From: Camelus ferus | Lineage: Eukaryota | Length of the DNA stretch: 64,000 nucleotides | Direction of reading: 5' to 3' | Assembly (NCBI RefSeq): GCF_009834535.1 | Contig: NC_045697.1 | Coordinates: forward strand, 85,128,001-85,192,000 | Made by a program: the position numbers and the translations under genes | Shown: one piece after another, positions 25,870 through 39,245 of the stretch | Numbering within the stretch: position 1 is the first letter of the stretch | Layout: every line of letters starts with the position of its first letter | Notes under the pieces: generated by a model | What the model saw: only the letters and a program-made list of their open reading frames with translations | The model's database searches: none | Told to the model about the DNA's origin: nothing

Positions 25870-26487
25870 AGGACCAAAATGAGGCGCTCTAGGGAACTGG
25901 AAAGAACCAGAAGGATTATAGAGAGGGAGGGATCAGAAAAGCAACCTCATAACATTGTTTATGAACCCGTGGGCCCATCTCTAAACTGCGTGTGTAGATC
26001 TGATCCTCCTTAGCATGCCAAAGATTCTAAGAACTGAAATGAGGATATGCTGCTATCCAGGTCCAAGTCTGACCACTGCGTGGTACATGTGTGGATAGAC
26101 CCGAATAGCACTGCAAAACACACTGCCAAGGATTTGAAAACTGAGTGGGAACTGGCATTGGAACTGTAGACTACAGAAGGAAGACTGGAACTTGTGAGCT
26201 AACCCCAACCAACGTGCCTCCCTGCTAAAACAGAAATATCAACATCCTCCAAAGGATTTAAACGAGACCCAAAGTCTCGTAATATTTGAAACGTCCAGGG
26301 TACAGTCCAAAATCACAAAACAAAGAACCAGGAAAATCTCAAGTCACATGGGAAAAGAAAATGAACTGATGACGAACACATACCAGCGCCAACATGACAC
26401 AGATGCTGAAATCATCTTACATCAAGCAATCGAGAGCGCTCCTGGAGCCAACTGAAAAACAAGTTCGCAGCAAAGAAACAGAATATT
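25870..26487 (+). mobile_element. Ancient L1 5'/ORF1-proximal fragment
   Basis: aatgtccagg-like segment, aagaaccaggaaaatctcaa, atgacacagatgctgaaatcatc and cagcaaagaaacagaa are typical of old L1M 5' regions. Confidence 0.55.
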
Positions 26488-28749
26488 GTATTAATTGGGG
26501 TTCTCCAGAGAAAATTATGCCCATTCTTCCCTTTCAACAAATGGGAAAACAATTGTTTTCACCTCTGGATTTGTTCCATGTCTAAAATATAATTCCTTTC
26601 TTTCTACCCTTTCTCTCTCCCTTTCTTCTTTCCTCTTTCCTTCCTTCCAAGTATGAGAGAAATGTAGACTTATTTAACTTTGATTTCAGGTAAAATATAT
26701 TTTGTAACAAAATTCTCAGAGATTTGTTATAGTATACCTTTGTTAAAATGTTTCCTCACTCAAAACAAAAGTATAGGATATTTTGTGGTTCTAACTGATT
26801 GTCTTATGTCTGATTAAAACATGAAATTTGGTTATGTACTGTTCGTTTCAATTTTGTATGTATATTTTAAATTCCCATATGATATGTGTGTGCATTTGCA
26901 ACAGACCATCTAGGAAACAAGCTAAAAATGTTATTTATAAAAGGTGAAATAGACAAGGAATGTGGAAATAAGCTATTAGTATGTCTCTGATCATTAACTT
27001 TCTGTAACACTCATCTCAAATTCAGTGACTTGGTCCCCTCCCCAAAATATGTTTTACTTACTTCTCTGACTCTGTAAATTTTGCTCTAACTGAACACTAG
27101 TTTTAATGTACTCATTGAATATTAATATGAATATGCACCATCATATGTATGTACATGAGTTACAAATCACTCCTTTAAAGGAGTACTGAATGCGTGAAAC
27201 ATTTAGAAGGTCCTATCCTTTTCCAGGTATGGATAAAATTCAGACTCAGAATTGGTGTTGTATAAGTGTAATGTGACTGACTGATTTCCAGTAAGAGGAG
27301 AAGAAGTCAGGAGATGGGGGCTTAATCTCAAGTCCGTCTGTAATATAAAAGCCTTAGGAAAGACATTTGAGATCTTAAATTGCAATAGTCTCATCTGAAA
27401 TTTTAACTCCAACCTATCCATTTTCAGAAGGGCATCGTTGTACTCCTGCCTGTAGGGCATCCATTTGGAATTCCTCTCTTAATCGCTCTCTCAGGACCTG
27501 TAGTACGCAGTAAGTCACACTCCCTTCACAGAGTCGGCACCATCAGGGGTGAGCTCTGTAACTCGGAAGACTATGGAATAGTTCCTCTCAGTATGAAGCC
27601 AACTGGCTCGGCTCACATACTTAGTCTAATAACACCCCAATCAACTAAATTCATCTGCCCCAATTTCATATTTTACAGTGAGAACAGAAAGGATACAACA
27701 TAATATCCTAAATATCATAATTTGGGTCTGGGAACAATACCAACTTGTCACTCTCAAAACCCAGCTGAGCGGGAAACGGGAGACTACACAAAGCAGTGCA
27801 GCAGCTGAAATAGCACGAGAAATGGACTCCACGGGGGAGGAGCAGGGAGGCTGGAAGTGACGCTTAGGAGTGTTGTCCTCGACACTGCTGTTTCTATGTT
27901 GTGTTCTGGAGAAAGCAGTGCATTTGCCAGTTCAAAGGCAAGCTACGAACAGTTATTTTACTTATGTGGTAAACCTGATTACCAAAAGTAAGGTTGGGAG
28001 AAGATTTCCTACATTTCTGTAGTAAAACTCGACTTATGAGAGTCAAAAGTAGTGGTTGGTTAATTTCCACAAAACTTAATTTTTTGGAATTTCTATTACT
28101 CTATGTAATATTGCATACAAGACGCATCAGTCTGCCAACTTAAATAAAAGTTGTAGAATCAATTAAACGTGGTACTGCTCCTCATCTCCATATTTTATAC
28201 TCCTGCTTAGCATAGGAACTATACAGTTTGCTTTGATTTCATAAAAGCTAATTTCAGACCTTCTTTTGTTCATCAAAGGCAATTTCAGCTCTCCAGATGC
28301 TAATACTTTAGAAAGGGAAAAAATAAGAGTCGGAGGCCAATGCACTTCCCTTTTTACAGGTTGCTTTATCAAATATTAAAGAATGAACAAAGGAGGGATT
28401 GTTTCAACAGTTAAATCCCAATAATGGTGGTGCACTCATTCAGATTTCAGCAGTCATACCTGTGTGCATGGTATTGAAGCCCCTGGAATACTTTTTAAGG
28501 AATCCCTTTTGTTTCCAGTTGCATTATCAGCAGCTACCTTGGATCAGCAAGAACCATACAAAGGAGGGTCTTGGATTATGTCTACAACGTCAGGCTTTTA
28601 CCAGATTTACACGTTGGTGATGATGAATTTCACATGCTAGGTGCAAAGAGCAAATTTTTCCCTCAGACTCTGATAAAAGCCCAGTAAGCCGCCATATGAA
28701 GGCTGCCTGAGACTGGGAAAGGCAGGACGAATCCAGCATCACAGACGGA

Positions 28750-28850
28750 AAAGCACACAGCATTGTCAGACAGGATAAGAAAAATGTGAACTCTTACCAT
28801 AGGTCGTTTATTAGAAACACATCTAAAATTTACATATAAATTTACATATA
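28750..28850 (-). terminator. Candidate distal polyadenylation site of PRDM5
   Basis: On the minus strand: two UGUA motifs (28846-28843, 28834-28831), AATAAA (28812-28807), CA dinucleotides about 18-21 nt downstream (28788-28785), then a U-rich and GU-rich downstream element (TTTTTCTT...TGTCTG...TGTGTGCTTTT). Confidence 0.65.
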
Positions 28851-31800
28851 CTCACAGAAAAGTCTTCAGTAGAAGAATGAGGGGAAGAAAGGTATGCCAG
28901 TCAGACAAGATGTAAAAGATATCAGACAAAATTAACTTTCAATAAAAGAGAATTATTTGATGTTCCCCAAGAAGACAAAATTTTAAAATAAGGTGTCCAC
29001 TATGAGCTGGCGTTCTTTACATTTTTATACTATTTTGCAGAGGCATATGGATTTTGTGCGTGTGTGTGCTCTCTAAATGTAATTTATTCCTGGTAAGTGT
29101 ACAGTGCTCCTTGTCAAAAACAGTGATATTTTATATAAGCTCCTTTACATTAGTCTAGGTGATCAAGTTTCAGTGATCTCACGTCCCTTCTCAATTTTCA
29201 GCATTTGAATTATCAACATTACCCAAATTCTTAGTTTCCTTCTGCTATGTAATAGGCCAAGGTGGCACAGGAACTTGTTCTAATTGCTTAAATGTTTGCA
29301 GGATTAGGAAGTTAAATATGCCATCAAGCACGTCGGTAGCTTATTCTGTAACAAATGCAAACATTTATGTATATGCTGTTTTACACTACCGTGCTACACA
29401 TTTTTAATAAAAGGTAGAAAATAAACTTGAACGCTGGATCAGCAGCACCATTTTGTACTAGTTGTGTACTAGTTCACAGGTCTAGGAAATCTAGAATATT
29501 CTGACCTGGCCCAGACTGAAGGCTCCAGAGTTAATTTTTTATTCTGTTATGCAATAAATTAACCTGCGATGATAACATGGTTTTGAGCCCAAGGTAGTTA
29601 AGGCTATGAAAGTTCCAAACTACTAGTGCCTCAGCTGGTTAAATCATGTATCATTTCTAAATCTACTATTTGGAGACACAATGATGGTAATTTTTTTTTT
29701 TTTTTGTATCAGGGAAACCTCACAGGATTGAGGCAACACCAAAGTGATGAAATGCCACTTTTAAAAAGGTAATACCTAAAACATTCACCATAACTTTTAG
29801 CATCCTTCCATTACATTTGTGAAAATCAGGATTTTTCACAAATATTTTGAATGTTTAATATACAAAGAGAGTCATTATAAACCCATATCTGAGCCTACCC
29901 GTATTATTGAATACCTTTCAAAATTCCTTAGCCTTGACTTCAAGGTAAAAGAGTGTGGCCTTTTCCCAAGATAGTACCAGAACCGTAGCCTTTCACAGCA
30001 GGAAAGAAGAGAAAGACTTCAAAGTGGGTACGTGCTCTCCAGCTTTCCTATGAGACTTTTCCTCTAGGACTGTATTTATGCTCTTAATTTCTCAAACCTA
30101 AAAAAATCAATTCTCATATTTTTGTTATTGCTAAGTGGTCCAAAAGTTGCAGGACAGAAATGCTAATATATCTGAGATGCTTATAAGTAGTGGTCTTTTG
30201 GATAAAAGGTGACAGCATACAAACAGTCTTCTAAGGACCTGTTTTGGTTTCAGTGCTTTGAAAAGAAAGGGTGGTGCCCCAAGACGTCTTTACACAGGAT
30301 TTTGAAAAGTTCTGCTTGATTACTGACCTTCAGCCTGGTCAGACCCAGCGCCTCATCCTCATCAGTTTACTCCACCACATGGCCGTAGCATGGTTCCCAG
30401 GGTGATTTCCTCAGCAGCCCTGTCAGTTGTGAGCCACTGAGATGAAACAAAATGGGCATTTGGCTTCCTTTCAAGTTTCACATTCATCACATAATCGGGC
30501 CATGGAGCATCCATTTCAGAGAAGGCAGCATCCGAAGGAATGAGCAGAACGTGATTAAATATACACACTACAAAATTTTACAGCTGTCCTTTGTATTCAA
30601 ATGATATTAAACACACAGTCACGTTAAACTGAAAACACTTGAGTTCTAAAAATATACTGTTGAAACAAATGACATAGTGAGAAACAAGACCAAAATCTAT
30701 TGGTATGAAATACAGTCTATAACGTCAGATACAAATGCTACATTACATATAGCCATACTGATACCTTCTAAATTAGAATCTGGGCATTTATATATTTTAA
30801 AGTTAGCTCTAGAGTCTCAAATCTAGTATTTTTACTGAGTTTAAATATCTTTAATGAATCTTTGTTTCTTTTTAAAATGAACTGAGCATAAATATAATTC
30901 TAAATCAAGTTTTCTAATTTCAAAGAATTGTGTCATCAGATAACCTTTCTCCGTAAACCATTAGAACTAAATAACTTCCTTGAAATTACATCTTTTTTTT
31001 TTAATTTGTTTTATGAGGCGGGGGGGGGGGGATTAGGTTTATTTATTTATTTATATTTGGAGGAGGTACTGGTGTTGAACCCAGGACCTCGTGCCCGCTA
31101 ACCACACGCTCTACCACTTGAGCTATACCCTCCCTTGCTCCTTTCTTTTGAGTGGTCTCCAAATAAAAAAGTTCATGAATTGGGCTTCATTTTAATTTTT
31201 TTTCCTGGTTTTTGGATTCTTCTATGGTGTTTTGACAACACTGTTACATTTTATCACATCTTCTCCCCAAATAAGCTGTTCATTGTGTGTTGCTCTCCAG
31301 TATTTAATTGAAATACAGCCTTAAAAGAAGAAATGCTTCTTGCTTCAGATTCCCTTATGCATCAGTGATTATTTCAGTCCCTGTTTCGATTGTTAAATTG
31401 CCAGGTTTGTTTGGATTTTTTATTCTGGATTCCTGATTATACAGGATGGGGGGTAATTCAGAAGTGTTTCAGAATCACCTACTGCCAAGATTCTGGAAAA
31501 TATCTTTTGCAAAACAGAGTGTAAGTGCTCTGAGGACTCTTATCTGTACTAACATGTTCTGCGCACTCCTGTGGAATGAGAGGGTAAAGGGCCAGGCTCA
31601 TCATGACTAATACTGTAACACGCCTGTCGTGCTGGCACTCTGTCAGTCAACAGATACTGAGAGCTGTTCTGTTTCAAGTTTTAGTTATGTATATTTGTAT
31701 ATTGTTAATTTCTAAAGATAGCTAACACAAACTCAGGAGGATCAGCTTGATAAATATTTAAGTGTATTTAATATTTTTGTGTAGACCCTATAAAAGCATT

Positions 31801-32511
31801 CCAGACCATGAATGTCCATATCTGTATGATGAGAGGAAATGTTTCCTAAGAATTGTCTGGAATAAGCAATATTTCAATAGATGTTTTAGTTCCTAAATAC
31901 CTCTTTATTTTAAACTGACCTGTTATAGGGAGCTATTAAATAAGATCAACTTTTGGTCTGTTTCACAGAATAGCAGATTTTACCCTATTAGAGACTTTGA
32001 ATACTCTTGCCTCTTATCCTTATCTGCAATGAAATAGCTTGGAAATCTTCATTTCTTTCTGGCTAAACTGGTAATAACCAGTTGCAATAACCAGCATGTA
32101 CAAACACACACACACGCAGATGCACACACACGCAGATACCCACAAGCACACGCAGGGATAACGAAATAAAGGAGCCTCATAAGGGGTATGTTAATAAACT
32201 TCATTATAGAGAGATGGCCAAGAAGAAGAGCCATAGCAACTTTTTCCATTTTTATAAGACATAACACAGTAGTCTTTTGAAAGGCTACAAAGTTATTTTT
32301 TTTCCATTTGTACTGTTTCTTGATAAAAGTAGTTTTTTGGGGGTTTTTTTTTTTTTTTGGCATATTATCTACAGACTCTAAAGTTCGGCAAATAAGAACT
32401 CTGAGACCAGTGAATTACTTTTGCCTAGTTCTGCTATGCTAATCAGGTGAGAGAAATCTGGGTTTCATATCAGGAGCCCTTCTGAATGGCTTAATTCCTG
32501 TGCAGCTACCA
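28786..32511 (-). other. PRDM5: PRDM5 3' UTR, long form (extent inferred)
   Basis: AT-rich, repeat-poor sequence from the stop codon to the best-formed poly(A) site. Other hexamers could give shorter UTRs (AATAAA at 31909-31904, 31424-31419, 29543-29538 and 29088-29083). Confidence 0.6.
30993..31134 (-). mobile_element. vic-1-type camelid SINE inside the inferred PRDM5 3' UTR
   Basis: Reverse complement reads GGGAGGGTATAGCTCAAGTGGTAGAGCGTGTGGTTAGCGGGCACGAGGTCCTGGGTTCAACACCAGTACCTCC, then (AAAT)n, a C-run and an A-tail. Confidence 0.88.
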
Positions 32512-32676
<165 letters not shown>

Positions 32677-33757
32677 CTAGAAAAGACCCAAAGACACCAA
32701 TCATATTATATTGAAAAATCCAGAGGTACACCAATTTATCATTTACACAATATACATTATGCAAATTCCTATTATCAAGTAGGTACTGACAGGCATAAGA
32801 ACAAAAAGTGCTCTTGAGAGAAATGGAATCTAGCATCCAAAGTAAGAAGTAAAGAAAATACATTTATACTTCCAAGAGTTGTTTGCATTTAATGGGCGTC
32901 CTCTGCATCCCAACCGCCCTCCCTCCCCCAGCTACTGTATTTAAACATCTCTGGAGAGACAACTCCCCAGGAACAACAGCTTTCTCCCCGTAATGGGGCG
33001 TACTGACAATTTCACATTAAACCTCGTAAGCAAAATACCTTACGGTCTAGGGGGCACCTCCAGTTTTGGGCACAAGGCACGTCTTACCAGCGATCTCTTC
33101 AATTCAGTCCCATTTGTGAAGTAAAAGGTTAGCACTGCTTTGAGCATCCTACCCGGAAGTTTATTACCCACTGTTCCAATTCTTTCTTTCTGACTTAAAG
33201 ATATGCCATTTAACATATTCACTTCCTGTAAATTCCTCCAGATTGCCACCTGGCTCAACAGACATTAAACATCCCAATAATTTAAAATATTAAATTAACA
33301 CGGAAGACGTAAGGCATGAATTTTCAGTCATACAAGAAAATAAAATGAAATTCTTTTAATACCAAATTTTCAGTCAAAGTCTGGTGTTATTCACAAAAAT
33401 TCCCTTCACATGAAATTCTTCAAAAGCACACCCACTATAAAATAAGGCGTACTTAAATAATGTGAAAATTCCATGAAAAGCATAACGACGACGATGGGAG
33501 AGGTAAAGGCTTGTAAAAATACTGGGAAAAAAGCTGAAGTTCTGACTGAGGGGAAGCTTGTGAAAATATAAAGGCAAATAAAAAATTCTCTCTCTCTCTT
33601 TACGAGAGGAGGGGGATTTTACATCCACAGCAACAAGAAACTCGGGAGGGCAAGGCTGGCAATTTGGTAAGGAGAGGCAGTAATCCAATAATAATGTATT
33701 CTGAGTCATCCATAGGCAGCAGCATAGTGTGATATAAAGAAAACTAGGTTTAGAGTC

Positions 33758-34050
33758 TGCTATGGACTGAATGCTTGTGAACGCTCAAAATTCATAAGTT
33801 AAAGCTCTACCCCTCAGTGTGATGGTATCTGAGGCGGAGCCATTGGGAGATAACTAGGGTTAGATGAGGTCAGAGGATGGAGTCCCATGCTGGGATTAAC
33901 ACTCTTACAGACAGGGAGACACCCAGATCTCGCTCTCTCTCCTCTGCATGCACCCACCCAGGAAGGCCAGGAGAGGACACAGCTAGTAAGAGGATCCTCC
34001 CTAAAAACCCAACTACACTGCCACCCGCGAAGGCAGAGAATCTTTGTAAG
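33758..34050 (+). mobile_element. MLT1A-like LTR (3' truncated) interrupting a MIR (about 33715-34320)
   Basis: tgctatggactgaatg...caaaattcataagttaaagctctaccc...gggttagatgaggtca. MIR-like sequence lies on both flanks. Confidence 0.75.
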
Positions 34051-34559
34051 TTTTATTCATTCGTATGTCCTAAGGGGTCAGTTGGTCCCCACAGAGTAAG
34101 CACTAAATAAGTGTTTGTTGAATTAACCTACTGGGTTTGAATTGGAGTCTGTCACTTACTAAGGAAGCATAAATGAACAGATGAGGCTTTTTAGCTTTAG
34201 TTCCCTCACCTGTAAAGGGACCATAATGATAAGTACCTCCCAGAATACATACGAAGATGAAATGAGGCAATTTATGCAAATGGGTGTTATCCTGCAGACA
34301 CTCAATAAATGTAAGACTCCGAAATTAGGGTAAACAGGAAAATGAAAGCACATGCTATTTAAAAAAAAAAAACACACTTTAAACAAAATAACACCCACCC
34401 CCAAACATTTTAAAAGGGGATCAGAATGTGCCTAAGTGTGTAAAACGCTGATGGATGTGTAATGGTGCTCAGTAGCCCTTCCTCAAAAGCGCCTTGGAGA
34501 GACAGAGATTATTAGCATTCGTATTTTCATAGCCTTTAAAAGAAACAGGAGTACCACCA

Positions 34560-34990
34560 GTCTGAAGTGCTCCTAGTCAAAATGTCTACATGAGATGTTC
34601 GTCCCAGAATTATTCATAAAGGTGAAGTGCTGCAAATGACTTACTTGCCCAAAGTTAATGAGTACATTCATTTTGCTATAACCAGATGAGAAAATACTTT
34701 TCAGCTGTTAGAAAAGATAATACTTCAAAAAATATTTAAAGGCAAGGGACAATGTAAAGAGAAGAAAACAGAATAAAAAGATCAATGCATAATTTAATCT
34801 ACAATATTGAAATAAAGAGCATAACTGTATCTGTAGAAGTAAGTGTTTGAGGAAAACATCAAGAGATTAACATTAATATTAGCTGGCATCAGTTGAGAAA
34901 TTTGAGATCGTTTTATTTCTGTCTTTATTTCCTCTGTACTTCCTATTTTTTTTTCTGAAACAACAAAGAAGAAACTTTTATCATTAGAAA
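34560..34990 (+). mobile_element. Old L1M (L1ME-like) 3' fragment
   Basis: gatgttcgtcccagaattattcataa...aaatacttttcagctgttagaaaa; decayed L1 3' UTR pattern. Confidence 0.5.
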
Positions 34991-35079
34991 GCAAATGTTA
35001 TTTTGCTATGAAAAAATATAGCTGGCCGAGTGAAGGTTCCACACCCTCATCTTCCATCCAGGCCTCAGTGCGCCCCCAT

Positions 35080-36500
35080 CAGACTTTACCTTGAGGGACT
35101 TAACTCTCTCAGCTGCTGTGACAGGTCACCAGCATGGTTAGGTCACATGGCTAAATGTGATGGGGCCCCGTGAACCCTCATTTTACATGAATTTTCAGCA
35201 TCGTCTGACATACCTGACCACTTCCTCCCGCCCTGCACTTAGTTTTTTCCAGAATGACTTAACGCTCCTTGTTTTTCTACTTTTCTGGCCACGTCCCCCT
35301 CCTTTCTCCTGTTCAGGCTCCTCCTCCACCCTAACCTTGAAGTTGGGATCTCAGAGCCTGTTCCTCAGCCCACTTCTCCATTCACCAGGCGTTTTCTCTC
35401 CTCTGATCTTTTTGTTACGGTTTTTATGGAGATCACGTGCAAATATCTGTCTCTGATCCAGTCATCTCCCCTGAACTGCACAGTGGAGGATCTCAGTGCC
35501 CTGTTGGACAGCTCACTGGCACCTCAAACTTAGTAAGTCTAAAACTGCGCTGGAATCTAACAAGTACAACAAGCTAGTGAATATAACAAAAAAGAAATAG
35601 ACTCACAGATACAGAGAACACACCAGTGGTTACCAGTGGGGAGAGGGAAGGGGGCAGGAGCAATTTAGGGGTAGGGAAATAAGAGGTACAAATTAAGCTA
35701 CAAGAATATATTGTATAGCACAGGGAATATGACCAATATTCTATAATAACTATAAATGGAATGTAACCTTTAAAAATTGTGAATCACTATATTGTACACC
35801 TGTAACTTACATGGTATTGTGTGTCAACTATAGTTCAACAACAACAAAGAAGACTTTGTTTCCCAAATCTAACTCTCAAAAAAAAAAAAATAGTGTCATC
35901 CTTCTGACACTTGCTCACTTGCTGCAAATTGGGCAGTCATCGATCCGAAGTCTCCCTTATCGCCACTTCACTTAATCAATCACCACTCCTTCCCCGTACA
36001 TGTTTCTAGAAGACATTTAATTGCCTCTGTCTCCACTGCTGCAACCTGAGTGAAAATCACTACCTGCCTAGGCTAGATTCAATGTAAATTCCATAATGTG
36101 GTTGAGAGACCACCAGCTTGCTCTCCAGCCTTTGCTTGCACGCCCCCCAACCCCACCAATCACTGGCTTCAGCTCCACTTGCCTTCTTTCTTCCCTAACA
36201 CGCCATGCTCTTCCCCACCCACAGCCCTTGATTTGCTCAGTTCCCTGAGCCCAGAATGCTCCTTCCCCCATGGCTGACTCCTTGTAGAGTCACTTGCTCA
36301 GGGCATTCATTCTTCCCTATTTTCTCACAGTCCACTCCCCGTTTTCTCCTTTCCCAAGCAGTCAGACATTTACTCAGGTTTATTTGTTTAATTTAATTTA
36401 TTTTATTCCACCAGAACGTGAGTTCTCTGAAACAGGGGACGTGGCGTCCTGTACAACTGTTTCATTGCAGTGTCTGGCACCAGGACTAGGTTATTAAGCA
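35080..36500 (+). mobile_element. L2 LINE remnant interrupted by an L1
   Basis: ccctcattttac...cagcatcgtctgacatacctgaccacttcctcc...ggcacctcaaacttag, and after the L1, ccttgatttgctcagttccc...cccagaatgctccttcccc. Confidence 0.75.
35550..35850 (+). mobile_element. L1 3' end (laurasiatherian/artiodactyl type)
   Basis: tggaatctaa...gactcacagatacagagaac...gtggttaccagtggggagaggga...gaatcactatattgtacacctgtaact...tcaactata plus an A-rich tail. Confidence 0.88.
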
Positions 36501-36730
36501 CTGACATCAGCTTTCACTGTGTGCCGCCAACCACTCTTCTAAACATTAGCTTGTTCCATCCTCACCACCACCCTTTTAGGTAGATACCAGCGTGACTATC
36601 CCCATTTTACAGAAGGAAATTGACACATACACTTCCGTCTCAAGCAGGCGGCCCAGGGTCACAGAACTAGGAAGTGGTTTCCAGGATTTAGAGCCAGACA
36701 GTCTGGGTTCAGAGTCTATGCCAACCTCAA
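36500..36730 (-). mobile_element. MIR SINE
   Basis: atccccattttacagaaggaaattga...cccagggtcacagaactaggaagtgg...ggatttagagccagacagtctg. Confidence 0.8.
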
Positions 36731-37474
36731 AGGGCCAACAATTATCAAAGGCTCCAACTTCAAACAGAGATATGGGAGCCGGCTACACTTTTTCCCATTT
36801 GCCTGGCTGACACCATTTTTAGGAAGTAAAAATCTCTGAAAAAATAAAGGAGGTTCTCAGACAGTTCAGCTCACCAGCGTGTTGTGGGGGAGACAGAGTG
36901 CAAGTCCGTTTACACAGTCACCATGGGGAGTTACTGGACAAATGGAAAGGAACTGAGCAAGAGGCTGAAGTCATTGCTGATGGCTCAGAATTAAGGAGTT
37001 CTAGCAGCTCCAATCGGAGACGGGAGGGGAACAATCCAACAGATTGTTGAACAAGGGCCAGAGTAGAGGATTAAATGTCAGCAGAGGGTAGCTGATGTCA
37101 CGGTTGTGAAAATGACTACCTAGACATTAAAAGCTATGTTTTCATAAGCTTAAATGCAGTCATTAAGGGACTTCAAATTGATGCTCTGCATAAATCAGTC
37201 AAATGTAAGGACGTTTACAGTCATTTTAAAAACAAGGGAGAGCAAGGAGTTCTAAATAGTATCAGGAATGCTTCCTTTTCTTTCTTCCCACCCGTGATTC
37301 TTACACAAGCCTTCAACTTACTCCAACTTAGTATTAATTTACATGCCAAAAATGGGAAAATATTTTGTTCTTTCCCTAGACGGGAGGTAAAGTGATTTTG
37401 TTTTGAAATAAAGTGAAACAACATATTTAACAGAAAGTACTTGAGAGATAATGTAGAATTCAATGCAAACATCT

Positions 37475-38830
37475 TCAGTTAACAAATATTTATCACAGAC
37501 AGTGTGTCTACCTCTTCAGTAAGGGACATGGTGACAAAGAGCATTCTGCCCGGCCCCTGGGGAGTCCACAGTCTTCAGGGCAATACTTGTAACATCATGG
37601 ACATAATGCAGAGAGAGGCACAGAGGAGGGTGCAATGAGCTCTTCCTGGATGCACAGGGGTTATCACATCCTCGGGGAACGGCATTCCAGGGAGAGGGAA
37701 GACAGCGACCGAAGGTTCAGAGCAGTGAAGAGCAAGACTCAGGTGGGGAGTGAAAACAGCTCACTAGGCTGAAGACAAGACCTCATTAGAAGAATCGCTT
37801 GAACAGGAAGTTCGAAGGCTGGAGCCAAATCCTGCAGATCCTGGTAATTATAATTAGAAACTGGAAGCATGTATATTCTGCCAGTGGTAGGAATTGAAGA
37901 AGAGATGGAAGCTAATGTCTAATTTATTCAGCAAGCTAGAGAGGACCAAACTGGAGTCAGGGAGGCCAACTACTGTTCCACTCCAAGCCAGAAATGATTT
38001 GTACATAAACTCAGACAGTGGCGCTTAATTCATTTATTCATTCTTTTAAAAATATTCCTTGAATGCTTCTTATATGCTAGGCAGTATTCTGGGGCCGGAA
38101 ACATAGCAATAAGCAATAATGGGAACCTCTGTTGTCATGAAACTTACAGAACATGGTAAACAGCTACACAAAGCAATATGTAGTATTTCAGGTGGATGTA
38201 AGCGCCATGAAGGAGAAGACGACTACGGGGTGAGGGTTAAGGAAGTAGTGGAAATAAGAGGGGAAGGAATTTGAGCCGAGACCTGAAAGCAGCACAGGAA
38301 CAGATCATAGAGATCCCTGAGCAGGGCGTTCCAGGCTGGAAACACCAATACGAAGACCTGTTCCCAGGAGTGCACTTGGGGTGTCTGAAAGAACAGTGAG
38401 GAGCCGTGTGGCCGGCGTGAGGTGGTGGTGAAGTCAGCGTGGGGCAGGCAGGAGGGTGGGTGCAGCTCATGTGCGGATTGTGCTGAAACTATGGTTTTCA
38501 CTCTAAATGAAATAGTCGTCAATGGTTTGAGCAAATGAGACTAATATAATCCATATACAAGCCACACACATACATATAAGCTGACTCAGGTTCTAGACAG
38601 TGGATCACGGTGGGTGGCAAGTTTGGGACAGATTGTCAGGGTCAAAGACAGAAAGAGAGAGATCAATTACTAAGCTATTGCATTATTCCAGGAGACTAGG
38701 CCGGTGGCTGTGGAGGTGTAAGAAGTGTTCCGATTCTCAGCTTATTTATAGAACGATTCTGATTTGCTACCACACTGGATGTCGGGGGTGAGAGAAAAAG
38801 AGAAGTGAAGGTGGCAGTGGAAACTTAGAG
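37475..38830 (-). mobile_element. L2 LINE remnants (at least two pieces)
   Basis: L2 3' ends in antisense (ttaacaaatattta at about 37480; ttcatttattcattc at about 38030) followed by typical L2 body sequence. Confidence 0.65.
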
Positions 38831-38894
38831 AAGGTGATAGGTTTGAAAATTTATAGAAGCAACGAGGGTGCAGGGTTACTGGGTGATATCGCCC

Positions 38895-39245
38895 AGCCAT
38901 AAAAAGGATTGATGTACTAATACATAAGCTACAATGCAGATTATCCTTGAAAACATGCCAAGTGACAGAAGCCGGTCACAAAATGTCACCTATGGTGTGA
39001 TTCATTTATAGGAAAGATCCAGAATAGGTAAATCTGTAGAAATGAAAGCAGATCGGTGCTTGCCGGGGAGAGTGAGGAATACCAGTTTAATGGGTATGGA
39101 ACTTTATTCTGGGATGATAGCAGTGTTTTTGGAATCAGAGATGATGGCTGGACAACACTGTTAATGTACTAAAGGCTACTGAATTGTTCAGTTTAAAATG
39201 GGTAATTTTATGTTACATGAATTTCATTTCAATTTTTAAAAAAAA
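38895..39245 (+). mobile_element. L1MB-like 3' end
   Basis: ccttgaaaacatgccaagtgacagaagccggtcacaaaa...ccagaataggtaaatctgtaga...aatgtactaaaggctactgaattgttcagtttaaaatgg. Confidence 0.85.
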
